Below are positions 40,696 to 52,684 of a stretch of 58,993 bases of DNA, piece after piece. Every line of letters begins with the position of its first letter. The stretch's first letter is position 1. The notes below the pieces were generated by a model, which was not told the origin of the DNA, ran no database searches, and was given only the letters and a program-made list of their open reading frames with translations. A program made the translations under genes and the position numbers. Origin of the DNA: Ionaspis alba (Eukaryota); assembly GCA_964255285.1 (NCBI GenBank), contig CAXUUL010000028.1, positions 1 to 58,993 of the forward strand, read 5' to 3'.

Positions 40696-41241
40696 TCAAA
40701 GCGCGAGAAGAAATTTATACGAGTCCAAGATTTCATCGGCATTGCCATCTCCGAATTCGTTCTCGATCTTAAACTTGCGAGCTTGGGATGCACCGTCATT
40801 CTCCCTCTTGCTCTTCTTGGGCAGAGGACTCCCAGCGGTAATATGATCAGGTTCCTCATCATCCACGCAGGCTTCAGGCTCTGCAACCTTCTTGCGTTTC
40901 CCTCCTGACTTGGTCGCTTTGCCGGAGGCTGGCGTGGAAGCAGGGTCTTTCACTTCGGAAGTCATAGGAGCACCATGCATAACCGCACTTGCTTGCTTGA
41001 GCTTGCGGAAATGCTGGCTAGACTATGCGTTAGCGAATCAACTCAGAAAAGGTTGTACTGCCCTCAAATACGGGTTCGCAGTACGATGATCGAGAGAGCA
41101 GAGCACATACCGACAAGCCTGAGCCGTGACTTCTTTTCCCATCATTTCTGAGATCTTCTCCCACGAGGTCGTCTTGAGATCGGCAAAAGTGATGATGCAA
41201 AGTAAGAGCTTACGCTCTGACACCTCATTCCACTTCGGCAT
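40696..41241 (-). CDS. Myb/SANT-like cluster gene 5
   Basis: Exons 41241-41111 and 41017-40696: MPKWNEVSERKLLLCIITFADLKTTSWEKISEMMGKEVTAQACR|QHFRKLKQ..GKRKK..FKIE. Confidence 0.85.
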
Positions 41242-42229
41242 GGTTGGAACAGGATGCTAGAAATTCTGAGGTAAGCCTTTGGTGGATTGGTTTCCTATTG
41301 AGTGAGTGAAGCAGAGGTGATGATCAAAATTCTGGAAGATTAGAGAAGTTGATGGAGCAAAGCGAGACACTAAAGCTCGAATAGATGCAACGATGATCGA
41401 CGATTCACAGACCGAGTTCTTGATTGTGAGTGTATGCAATACACTAGAGTCTCAATAACAACAGCAATGCAAGCTCATGTCTACTCCCCACTAACGGAAC
41501 ATACAGGCAAAACACGAAAGACTCCAATAGCATAACTCCTCGCCAGCAGAACAGCACTACCTTCATTACTACCGCTCGTGATCACAATCTGGATACACTT
41601 ATCAGCTTGCTATGGTCGCTACGGCCTTGATTCGAAGCCCCGCCAATTGTGCCTATGCTCGAAGCTTCCACAAGTAATCTCCCGGGCCGACATAGCATGT
41701 TGCAGCCATATGTTAGATCAATAAAGCTGCTCAATAATAGCATCACCATGCCTCTTCACTAATGTGACACAACAGTAGTGGAGTACTGAGCGAGAATTAC
41801 ATGGGAACGCTCATGTTTTCCCCTGCAGCGTCGGTAAGGAGCGAGAGGCTAGCCTCTTCGGTACCCTCCTGTATCTTAGCGCCGGCTTCTTTTTCAACCT
41901 TTGTCGAGCAAACACTACTACTGTAGCAGACCGATCTGTGCGGAAAGATAACTAGAGGCTTTTTGATGCAGCAACGCATCCGTGGGGGCCGACGTGGCTT
42001 CTTGGTCTTTCAAGATTGCATCAAAGAAGAATTTAGTCGTTCATATGGGCAATATAATGGTGGCCTCAATCACCCAGGATCACTTGGAGCAAGCATCGAT
42101 AGAACAGGGCAGCTACTGTAGAGCCTAGTACACCCTGTGCAAGAATTCTTGCAGCCCATGCTTCCGAGATAACCTGGTTCACTCTTATTATTTAGTTTCT
42201 TCCCCCTCAAGATCGGACCTTCCTTCGCG

Positions 42230-42868
42230 ATGGCAAGCTTACGCAGAAGTAACGCCATGCAGTCGGATACCGCAACATCCAGGTTTCTCTATACCATCTT
42301 GAAGCAGCTGGACCACAAATCAGTAAATCGAATCTATCCATATGCTTTCAATGAGCGGCTGACCCTTGCCTAGATTGATTGGAATTCAGTTGCCTCCGAT
42401 CTTGACATCACCAATGGGCACGCTGCCCGCATGCGATTTTCACGCTTCAGACAGCATATGGAAGGCATACCACCCACACCAAGAAAGCCGCGATCCGAGG
42501 GACGTCCGAGAAAGAAAGCGAAGACTGGGTTGAGCCTCAAGGATGAGTTGAAAGGCGAAAGCGATTTGCCGGATTTCACAGACGAGATCCCTGTCAAGTT
42601 TGAGCCAATAGTCAAGCCAGAGCCTGCCATCAAGGAGGAGCCAATAGACGACTTCTATAGTGATAGAGGAAGTGGACCTCCAGCTGCTATGTTTGCCGAT
42701 ATTGCCCTCTCGCAAGGGGACATTTTATTGGATGCAAAACCCACATCGTCTATCTACGCGATGGCTGCTACAAATCTATCCCACCATTCCGGGGACCAAA
42801 GCCAGGAATATGAACGTATCAACGGTACAGACGCAGAGATTAAGATGGAACCTAGTCAGAACAACTAG
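42230..42868 (+). CDS. Myb/SANT-like cluster gene 6
   Basis: Exons 42230-42322 and 42374-42868: ..SRFLYTILKQLDHKS|IDWNSVASDLDITNGHAARMRFSRFRQHMEG..TPRKPR..GRPRKK..VKFE.VKPE.IKEE..IKME. Confidence 0.88.
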
Positions 42869-43947
42869 ATTCGGCGACAGTGGTGTCGACGTCGAGAAGA
42901 TAGGAGAGGTAGCTTTACATAGCCTGCACAATTGACATTATGCACTCACCCTTAGATATCCCGAACTTTCCTCATTTCTTATTCGAATTAGGGTTGCGAG
43001 AAGCTCGCATCGGCGGCTTTCTTCTACTCATCACACAGACCGGATAGTGTCTAGAGTAGCTGGTCTCTTGCTGTATTTGTGTAGATAACGCTCAGAACAA
43101 ATGCAGTAGTCTCCACCACAAGTGGCAGCACACTAACTGGCTGAGTCAGTTCTACTCTTATACTTCTATTCTTACGCAAGTCGTTGGGCATTTCAACAAA
43201 ATCGAGTAGTGCGGGACGCGGCGAACAGTTCTCGCAAGACAAGGCAACTCGGTGGCCGTCATAGTGGCATTGCGTCTTACCCTGGCTCTGTGTGCAAAAG
43301 TTATGATAAGAGCTGCAAGTATACTTGAATCGGTCACTACAAGAGATGGACAGGTACAACACCGCGTCGACTGTCCGCTATTATCTGGGGTGTTCCCTCT
43401 ATGGTTTCCTGAAGACCCAGACACAGCGGAGTCACAGCTAACGCCTCCAGGAATGCCTTTCCCCACCAGTAATGCACAAAGCTGGTCGTTCATCTCATCC
43501 CTGCCAATGTACTCCTTGTGGAGCAAATATGACAATCTTCACTCGAGGCTTTTGGACAATGCGTTTATAAAGCCGGTCTCCCCAAAGCTCTGTACTCAGA
43601 AATACACCTGGTGTGATCAGAAGTCTTCACGTGTCTAGGCGAGCCCTATAACGCTAACGCGGGAGGAGGTGAATGAGGATATATCGTCTCATTCCAACTA
43701 CAACTTTCCCCCAAACAACTCGTTCTTGCACTCACTCGGGCTCTCTCGTCAGTTTGCACTGACACGCTTAGACTTTACATCACCGCTCCTCTCAACTTAC
43801 TAGGTCTCAGATCCTCAGAGCGCTTGTCCAGCTTCCATCCGACATTCTGATCCATCCTCGACTTCGAACTCGATAGCAACTCACCGTACAGTGTAGGCAT
43901 CATATAGGTCTGGCTTGTAACAGGACTGACAGCTATCAGACTCCGCA

Positions 43948-44703
43948 ATGTCCACTCCGACCAAATTAGGTCTCTCCGACCGTGACGGCGAATTGCTCTT
44001 CTATGCTATTAAGTTTCTCGACCCTAAACCCAAGGTACGCTCCTTTCTCGCTTCAAGGTCTTGTGGTGCCCCACAAACGTGCTTCACACTTTTACCACAA
44101 GAACACTGTCTCGGCTCTTATACAGTTAAGAAGGATCGGAGTCTACTACACCAGACGCAGACCCATTCTAAACTTACTTTCTGGCCACTTTTACATGTCT
44201 AGTCCTGCTGCTACTCAATGCTTCTTATCATATCATCTTTCATTCCAAGTCCGCCCACAGGCTTACTTAAAACGCCGCAGTTCGACTGGAAGAATGTCGC
44301 TTCCGTCATGGGCTTTAAGAACGCCAGCGTGGCTTCGACGCGCTTCCGCCAGGTCTTGAAAAAGTTTGAGCCACTTTCCGGGGACATCGTGAATGGCTCT
44401 CCAGTTACCGCTACTCCCAAAACCAAGAAGCGCAAGACGGATGACTCCGAAGCTTCCAGTGGAGGATCCAGCAAAGCTTCGGCTCGCAAGCGTGGCAGGA
44501 AGGCCACAGACAAAGCTTCTGCTGCCCAAGAATCAGCTGTTAAGCAGGAAGTTGATGACGAGGAGGCGGAGACTGAGATCCTAGGAAATGGGAACGGAGA
44601 TGTGGGAGGGGAATCCGAGGGAGACGAATCGGAGAAGGGTGAAGGACAGGATAACATTCTTGGAGATATGCAAGCAGAATATGAAGCCGCGATGGAGGAC
44701 TGA
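43948..44703 (+). CDS. Myb/SANT-like cluster gene 7
   Basis: Exons 43948-44034 and 44281-44703: MSTPTKLGLSDRDGELLFYAIKFLDPKPK|FDWKNVASVMGFKNASVASTRFRQVLKKF..KKRK..RKRGRK..VKQE..acidic tail. Confidence 0.85.
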
Positions 44704-45316
44704 AGACAACTCCGTTCGTTTGCCGGCTGCTGGTTGACCAATGCCATCGGTCGTCCTTGAGACTTGCCTGACTGATTGTTCAGCCGTGCCTTGTATGTAG
44801 CCGTTGCAGACGGAATGCCAAGGAGCAGTAGGGATTTGGGAACCACCATCATGGAAGAGACTACACTCGTATACCATGCCCAACGAGCTTCCAGATAGAT
44901 GTACTAGTGGATGCAGCGGTATTGTCATGCATCGATAAGCTTCTTGAAGGAAACTGAGGTAGTGATGCAGGATTGGACCAACCCAGTGCCTGTTTCTCAT
45001 GAACTCTAGATTCAATCTTGTGATCACTACTGGAGCTCTGGAGAAGTGAGGTGTGCGCTCAAGTACCACCCTAGTAGGTCAACCATGTGATTTACCCCGG
45101 CCAACCTTTTGTCATTCTTGAACCTCTTCCACTCACAACCACCTTAGTAACCATCTTCACGATTCATACGAATTGTGCACATACATGCAGCAGCGAAGAA
45201 AACAAGTCAACGTACACGGTGAGTGGAAGATTTAGAGGAACTTTGGTTTGAGGTGAAGCACCACTAATATGCGCAATGAAGCAGTAAAAGCAGGAAAGCA
45301 ACTCCCAACAGCGACC

Positions 45317-45819
45317 ATGGCAACGAAGAATCATCCATTCACAGACGCGGAGACCAGACTCATCATTCTGTGCTTCAAACATATGAACGGTACTCCAGAT
45401 GTAAGTTCACTCGATTTTCCCCAAGATTCTCAATCCAATGCCCCAGGTTCATGATATGACTGTACTCTTGTACTCACCCTAAATCTCTTGCATAGATCGA
45501 TTTCGACAAAGTGGCTGAGGACTACGGCTACAAAGACGCCAAGGTCGCTCGGTCAAAGTTCTCTATTGCCAAAGGTAAATGCAAGGCGTCTGGCAGCGTT
45601 GCTGAAGCGTCCACGGCTGTTGTCGCAAGCACAAAACGTAAAGCTACCGGAGATGGCAAGCCTGCGGGAGCCAAGCGTGGGAGGAAGCACAAACTTGAAG
45701 CGCTCGATGCTGTCAACGACGAGGAAGATGGGACGAAAGGCGAAGATGAGTCAACGATTAAAGGCGAGGAAGGCAATGATGGTGGAAAGCAAAGTGGTGC
45801 TAATAGTCAGGACAACTAA
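45317..45819 (+). CDS. Myb/SANT-like cluster gene 8
   Basis: Exons 45317-45400 and 45496-45819: MATKNHPFTDAETRLIILCFKHMNGTPD|IDFDKVAEDYGYKDAKVARSKFSIAKGK..KRK..KRGRK..IKGE. Confidence 0.83.
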
Positions 45820-46502
45820 GGCAGTCAGCATGGGGACTAGGTATTCGATGAGATGGCAATGACCTCGATGAAGCCAAGACTTCTGCACAGCTCATAGGGA
45901 CGCTCGCTGTTGGTGACGGTTGTCCGGACTGCTCCTATCCCTCGTCAGCTAAGGCCTTTCCAACGCTCTTGTCAAGATAGTGAAATTTAGGCCATGGTTG
46001 AAAGTAAGGTTCCACGAATCAATATCATATGAGCCTTCCACTGGCTGAATTAAAGCATTGCTTGCTTGTGTATGTGACATGCCAGAGGCCTTTGCGCAGC
46101 TAGTCTGCACCAGCTGAACCAAACATGCAGACCCGAGTCATTCAGTTAGTCCATTGATGCAATCGAACGGCTTGTTGTCCACCTTTCTTAGAGGCTTTGT
46201 ACGCACAACCGCGAGCATCCTGCAATCTCAAGCACGATTCTCTCTATTGAAAACTGCGTTTCCGCAGGATCCTGCACTTCACCTTCCATTGACCAGATTG
46301 ACGACGTCTGAAGTCCACTACTTGCCCTAGTCATTCAACTCTATAAGTCCTGACAAGACTCCATGACTTTTCAACCTCCGTACGTCCTGTCAACTTGAAC
46401 ACCAGACACCTCAAGTCATCATCTTTTCACCATCGGTCACGATCTCCCATACCAGAACCTCAACTACCCTCAGCTTTTGCTTCATCTTAGCTGCGCTTCA
46501 TC

Positions 46503-47245
46503 ATGGGCAGGCTTAACAATGATGAGCAGTTCAAGTTCCTCATCTCTTGCATTCGTTGGTCAAACAATGGCAAGGTAAGTGCTATCAGAATACCTCATGC
46601 ATGACATGCAATTCATATCAGCAGGTCGACTTTGGAGAAGTCGCAAAGGAATGCAAGATCGTGACTAAAGGTGCAGCGTAAGTGTTCAAGTAATTCTCAA
46701 CACCGGTGTCCAGCGCGTGTTAGGTACGATCTGCAGCAGCTAATACTGGTTCGACTGACAGAGCGAAGCGCTACGAACGTATGATGAAAGCACACGGCAT
46801 CCACCAACCAGCTTCATCTCGCGACTCAGTAGTCCCACCTCTTCGTCGCAAAGAAGGAGTGACTTCCACTCCATCCAAGAAACGCAAGCATCAGCAATTC
46901 AGCTCCGAGTGCGGGTCCGCTGTTGATGACGACGAAGGACTAGGGAATGTCAAAGACGAGATCGTTTACCCCGAATCCGGGACTTCGTTGGTTAAAGAGG
47001 AGTTAGGTCTCCACAACAGCAATACAGACATGATGAACTATCCTTGGCTCTATGGCACAGGTCGATCAAACACGAACCTGAGTAATGATAACGATGCTTT
47101 CAACGATTTTATCGTCTCGGGTGCTTTTGAGCCGATCAATACTCAACCCGGTTATGGGACCGGACTGTCTCAGGCCAATGCTGAGGAAAGTGTCAGGCTT
47201 GCTGAAGGAGGTGAAATGCAGGAAAGTATTCTCATCCTCGACTGA
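46503..47245 (+). CDS. Myb/SANT-like cluster gene 9
   Basis: Exons 46503-46574, 46625-46677, 46762-47245: MGRLNNDEQFKFLISCIRWSNNGK|VDFGEVAKECKIVTKGAA|AKRYERMMKAHG..TPSKKRK..VKDE..VKEE..ESILILD. Confidence 0.88.
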
Positions 47246-48215
47246 GCCATGCCAATTCTGGTGGGCCCGTTAACTAGGTCGATTCAACTAGAGGCCGCGA
47301 GCCCAGTCACTCTGTGGTTTGATCTATATGCTTCTCTGGAGTTTTCCGTCCCGATTCAGACATAAGTGCAGCTCGTATTTACTCTTCTGTTTTCTGGTCT
47401 CTCTTTTACTCTGCAGAGACATTGGGATTTTGGCCTCTCTCTTGCGATGGAAGACAATCGTCTTGATCCTGTACATAGACCTCAGAGAATGATGTTGCCG
47501 ATCTGCCACGTACGCGCACATTTAGAAGCTCAAAACGTAAAGATTTTAAGAAGACGTGCTTTCTCTATGACCTCTGTGAAAGTGGCTACTCGTAGAAAAT
47601 CCGTGGACTTTGTCAAATCATGACCCAACGTGGTCATCACGTCTCTGCTAGTCTCCGACTGCCTAGAACAGATTATTGTCGTTGAAATTGGCATTCGGTC
47701 GACACGCGAAGCGCGGACCAGTCTAACGCCAAACGAATATTTACAGGGTACTCAATTAAGCGAATAGGGAGCATTGTCCTATATCAATGAGAAGCTTCGA
47801 GATCTAAAACTGATGTAAAGATTGAAGTTGTGATGAATGAATTGTGCTTCCTCATATGTTGAAAACTCTACTGCTTCGAACCAGACTTCACCCTCAACAC
47901 TGGACCTTGGACTTCGATCTCGCTTCATCGATCCCGCATCTTCCACAACGTGCCCACGTTGCTCAACATCTAATCAGGAACAAATTCGAACTCTTTGAAT
48001 ACGTAAGTGAAACATTTATTGTCATCGTTATAACTACTACAACATCCTCTTTTTATGAGTTAAGTTTCGATCATCCTCGTTGCAGAGCACCGACTTCTAA
48101 AATACCAGATCAGAGCTGAGCATCACGGAGAATTACAGACCACAGTCTCTTGTCTCTTTCCATCTCCAACATCTTTCAAAGCTCACTCGGACTTGTATGA
48201 TCTGCAACCACGAAA

Positions 48216-48906
48216 ATGGCTGCCAAGATGACATGGGACGGTAAGCATTCTCACTGTACTATTGATGAATGATCATTTCTCTTGCTTTGAACAATCTCGA
48301 GGACGTCTCTCAAAGACTTGACACTGCAGTATCTTCGACGATCTCACCGACCATGTATTCAAAAGAAGCATCCTACCTCCCTTATGCACTACTGATCTTG
48401 TGACTGGGCGTTGTTTGCTAACATTATGGTCAGGCGCTGCCGATCAACAGCTTCTCCTCAACATTTTGGACGAACACACGATCTCAGTCAACTTCGAGGG
48501 TGTAGCCGCTCGTCTTGGATGCACTCCCCGCGCAGTCCAAGAACGCCTCAAGAAGCTCAAGAAGATGGCATCCGAACAAGCCGGCGGCTCGGCGCTCGCT
48601 CCCGTCACGCCAACTAAGCCTCTAGCTAAAAAGAAAACTGGCGAGGACGACACTTCTTCTTCAGCTACCAAGAAGCGCAAAGTCGCGACGCCGAAGTCAG
48701 CCAAGGCTGTCAATAGCACCAAAGCTAGCAAAGCTGTGACGGGTACTGCCGCAGATACCAGTGATGCGGGCCAGGATGCTACCGAAATGGCTCAAGGGAT
48801 CAAGCGTGAGCGTGAAGATGACAGTCATGGTGTTTTGTACGGATTGGAGGTAGGCATGTGCTCTAGTTTTCGTACTTATAGATGCGAAGTTACTAACTCA
48901 TACTGA
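48216..48906 (+). CDS. Myb/SANT-like cluster gene 10
   Basis: Exons 48216-48240 and from 48434: MAAKMTWDG|AADQQLLLNILDEHTISVNFEGVAARLGCTPRAVQERLKKLKK..TPTK..KKRK..IKRE. 3' end uncertain: a possible intron 48850-48908 would move the stop to about 48977. Confidence 0.83.
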
Positions 48907-50243
48907 AGATGCTGGGGAAGCTTAATCTCGGTGGTAATCCTCCGCCCGGGCCTGGATCTGGGTGCGTTGTCTCCTAAACGTAGATCAACAACGGATCTGC
49001 GACCTGTAGGCTTGAAGAAACGCGACAATGGAAAGAAGGAAGTTGTCTAGCTTCTGCCCCTCCCGGTCTTGAAGGCGCGGAATGTCGTTGCGTCCATGGG
49101 AACACTCCGCTCTCCGACATCTGTATTCTAGTAAGTTACGTTGCCTGAAGGCTCGACTTATGTTGGTGGTTCCATGAAATGAGCATAGCAATGCAATATT
49201 GTCATGGTTGAGACTCCCCCACAAAGTTGTCCTCCAATCAGATCAATAAAGGTGGACCAGAAGCAAGCTGCCATAACCTAGCAAAGCCTATAATGAATGT
49301 TGTAGAGTCGCAGATTCTTGTTTCTAGTCGAGCCTGTTTCCGGTAAGCGTTTCTGAATATATAGCTATCAGTAGGAAATAGCTGGTAGGGCTGGACTGTG
49401 TTGCTAAATGCGAACGTCAATGTTGACCCTCCGAGCATCTCAACCATCCTCTTTGCTCCCTATCCCTCAGCACAAAGCTCGAGTCTTTTGCATCAAAGTG
49501 AGATTGCCAAAGTCGCCCCACCTTGAATATTCACCTACTCCTGTCATATAGCCGAGGCCGGCTTCTGTTGGACCTGTCGCCTCGGCGATATCTGTGAATA
49601 AATTAAGGTCTGCGAATAACCTCGTCCAACAACGACGTCCACAAAAGTGACTAATAGTAGCGACAACTTCCACAACTTACAAGTAGGTAGTTTGACTCAC
49701 TTTTCCTTCACCTCTCCACCTTTCTCGGTCGTTGTCATCAACGGCTTGTATCAGACGACGTCAACAGACCTTCGTCCGTCAGTGTCAACAGGTATGTTGC
49801 AGATCATACCTCCCTCCTTACCGACCACAACGTAATTCCTCTCACTTCCCGATGACTACTCCTCTCCAATGCGAACAATGCTCTTCCCAGCTTCTTCAAT
49901 GCAGCGCTCTTTTGGTTCTTCCACTACCCAATCACCAGTTCGACTGGTCGTACATGGCATAGTGTGGCTGGGTTATGCTATTGTCGAGGACACTGACAGT
50001 ATCGCGGACTTGCGCATCAATTCCCAACATAGGAAATTTTGGTGCTTTTCCTTTGTCCTTGAAGCACAACTCTTCACTCTCGAGAGCACATCTTGCTTCC
50101 CTTCTTCCCTTCCTTACATCCCTTTTTGCTTACATCTGTCAGAAAAGGCTTGGCTGACCGCAAGCACGTCAACAGACTCGAACCGCACAGTCCAATCCTG
50201 AACTTCGAACACAGAGAAACTTTGCCAGAACCACCACTGCATC

Positions 50244-52684
50244 ATGGGGAGACAACGGGCTCCACGTCCGAAGACTCGTAAATTGGTTCGTTGGACTGGT
50301 ACGTCGTCTCCCTGATTCACGAATATAGCACTTGACTCTTTTCTCCAAGCCTCCGGGCGGCCGCTGCCTTCGTGGGTGGAGACCTGGTCCTCCAATTCCG
50401 TATTGGCTACGCACCAGGAAAGATTCACGATGGCGAGGTTATTGGCGAGTGGCTAATGCCTGCAAACGTTGCTAACATAGCCTTAGAAGATATGAATATC
50501 CAGCTTCTGCTAGGCGCGCAGTCGGTCTGTAATCAAGACAACATCAAGATTCCTTGGGAGAAGGTGGCCCGCGGCATCGATCCTAACATCACCAGCGGAG
50601 CTGTAATCCAACATCTGGCTAAGATTCGCCTGCGCCGTGAACTGGCGGGTGAACCAGTTCCCCAGCCATTGAAGCGTGGGGGTGGCAGGTCCAATGTACC
50701 CAAGGTCAGCAGTCCCGCGGGTGGTCGGATCGGCAGCAAGCGAGCAAGGGTCGGCAAAGCAGCTCTGTCCACGGCAACAATGTCTAATGAAGATGAGGAG
50801 GAAGAGGATTTCGATGTCGACAGAGCTTCTGATCCAGAGGAGTCCTTCGGCGAGACCCGTTCCAAACGTGTCAAGCCTGGTGGAGCGTCAGCCTCGAAGA
50901 AGAACATGAAGGACGAGTCTGAGCACGAGGACGAGGAAGAACGCGAGACTAAAGAGAAAGGCAAAGTAATGGTGGTTGGAACCAAGGCAAATCGGAAAAT
51001 CACGACTGTTAGCAAGAAAGCCAAATCTAAGTCTGGACGAGTCAAGGACGAAGTATCACCGGACATACCCGTTGTGACTACCGAGGAGCGTGCTGCTCGT
51101 CGCTCTAGTGTCAACTATTCCAAACTCAATGGCGAAGACTCGGACTCTTCAGATGACTCGAATGACTCGTATGACCCTGACGAGACATACACTGGTGCAG
51201 GGGCAGCGTGCTTCAAACTTGAAAAGACCAAGAAGGAGTCGGACAGTGGCAACATCGACAAGGAAGACGAAAATTCTGAGAGTGCGATGGACGATGAAGA
51301 TGAAGATGGCTCCCAAGCCGCGTCTCACGGCGATGACATCAAGAACGACGACGACGAGGACGAAGAAGACGAAGAGCATAAGACGAGTGACAAGGAGCAG
51401 AACAAGCAGAGCGTTGTCCTTCATCTCGGTAGGAGCGCTGAAGCAATGGGACTTCTTCAAAACCTGGAGAACACATCAGCCATCTCCCAAAGCCGTGATG
51501 GATATGCAAACATGAATGTGTATAGTCAACCAAACCCCGCCTCATACTACTCTGGCAATGGCAATAGTCGGGTCGAATTGGGTGGTCATGGTAGCCTTGG
51601 TACCGCGGACAATTACTCCTCAAGCCACAATGGTATGGCCGACATGGTTGCGTACAGCAATGGTGGATTTGACATAAACCTTCTCGGAAAAAACTATAGC
51701 CAGTACCCTCAGCAGAAGTATTACGCACACAATCTATACGTACCGTCGGGTACAGGAAACACAACCGATTCGTTCCAGAGCACAACTGGAGTAGGTTCTG
51801 GACAATCACAGCAAGTTCCTACATCTCCTACTGGTCTTGGCTATAGCCAAGCTCAGCAATTCGTACCAGCCCTAAATACCATGGGATATGACCCAACGCA
51901 CCAAGGCGTTCTGTCAAATGTTGTCACAGGATCTGCGTCAGCTCAGTACAACACGCAGCCTGTTCTTCACCAAGGATATCCTTCTACTTACCAGACTTTT
52001 GCCACCCACAATGGTATTCTTCCAGGGTATGGGGAGTCAGCATAACCACCGTTCGACTTCCTAGCTAACACAGTAAATAGTGCATATCAGCAGAGTCTCC
52101 AATACCCAGCTGGTCTAACTCAAGGACATTGTACAATTCAACCGAACTTTCAACCCTCAGTGGGCCAGGCCTTTATGTCGAATCAGTCGAACTTCCTGCC
52201 TCCCACCCCACTCACAGGCAGTGGTGGATTTGCTGATGGCGTTCATAATGGGAACTTTGTTGAGCAATCTTCAGGATATGCTGGCAACGCTCAACACCAT
52301 GGCCCGACTACTCCAAGCACTCCTCTGACTGCTCGTGTTGCAAGCTTCCCTGGGACTCCGTACGTCACCACCGCGCAACCAAGTACGTCATTGGGTGGTC
52401 ATGTTGAAAACCTCGCTGGCTTTCAGCATGTCAACGGGATGCAGAATCAGTACTACATGCAGCCTGACAATAGCCCTGCTAGCGCTCATGACACCAACGA
52501 CACGATGAATGGAAATGTGGCTTTGCGTAATGGACGTGACCCTGTTCTGAACAATGTTAGTTCGGGGGAGGAGACCGACTTGTCTGGCTTTGACCCTGGC
52601 GATGACCAGCTCCTTAGTGCAGAAGAATTAGGCATGTTCCTGGATGGGCACGACTTTGATGTCACCTCTGGCTGGATGGGCTAA
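50244..52684 (+). CDS. Myb/SANT-like cluster gene 11 (large; acidic and Q/S/G/Y-rich tail)
   Basis: Exons 50244-50298, ~50487-52026, 52081-52684: MGRQRAPRPKTRKLVRWT|EDMNIQLLLGAQSVCNQDNIKIPWEKVARGIDPNITSGAVIQHLAKIRLRR. D/E tracts, VKDE, low-complexity tail ending LGMFLDGHDFDVTSGWMG. Confidence 0.82.
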
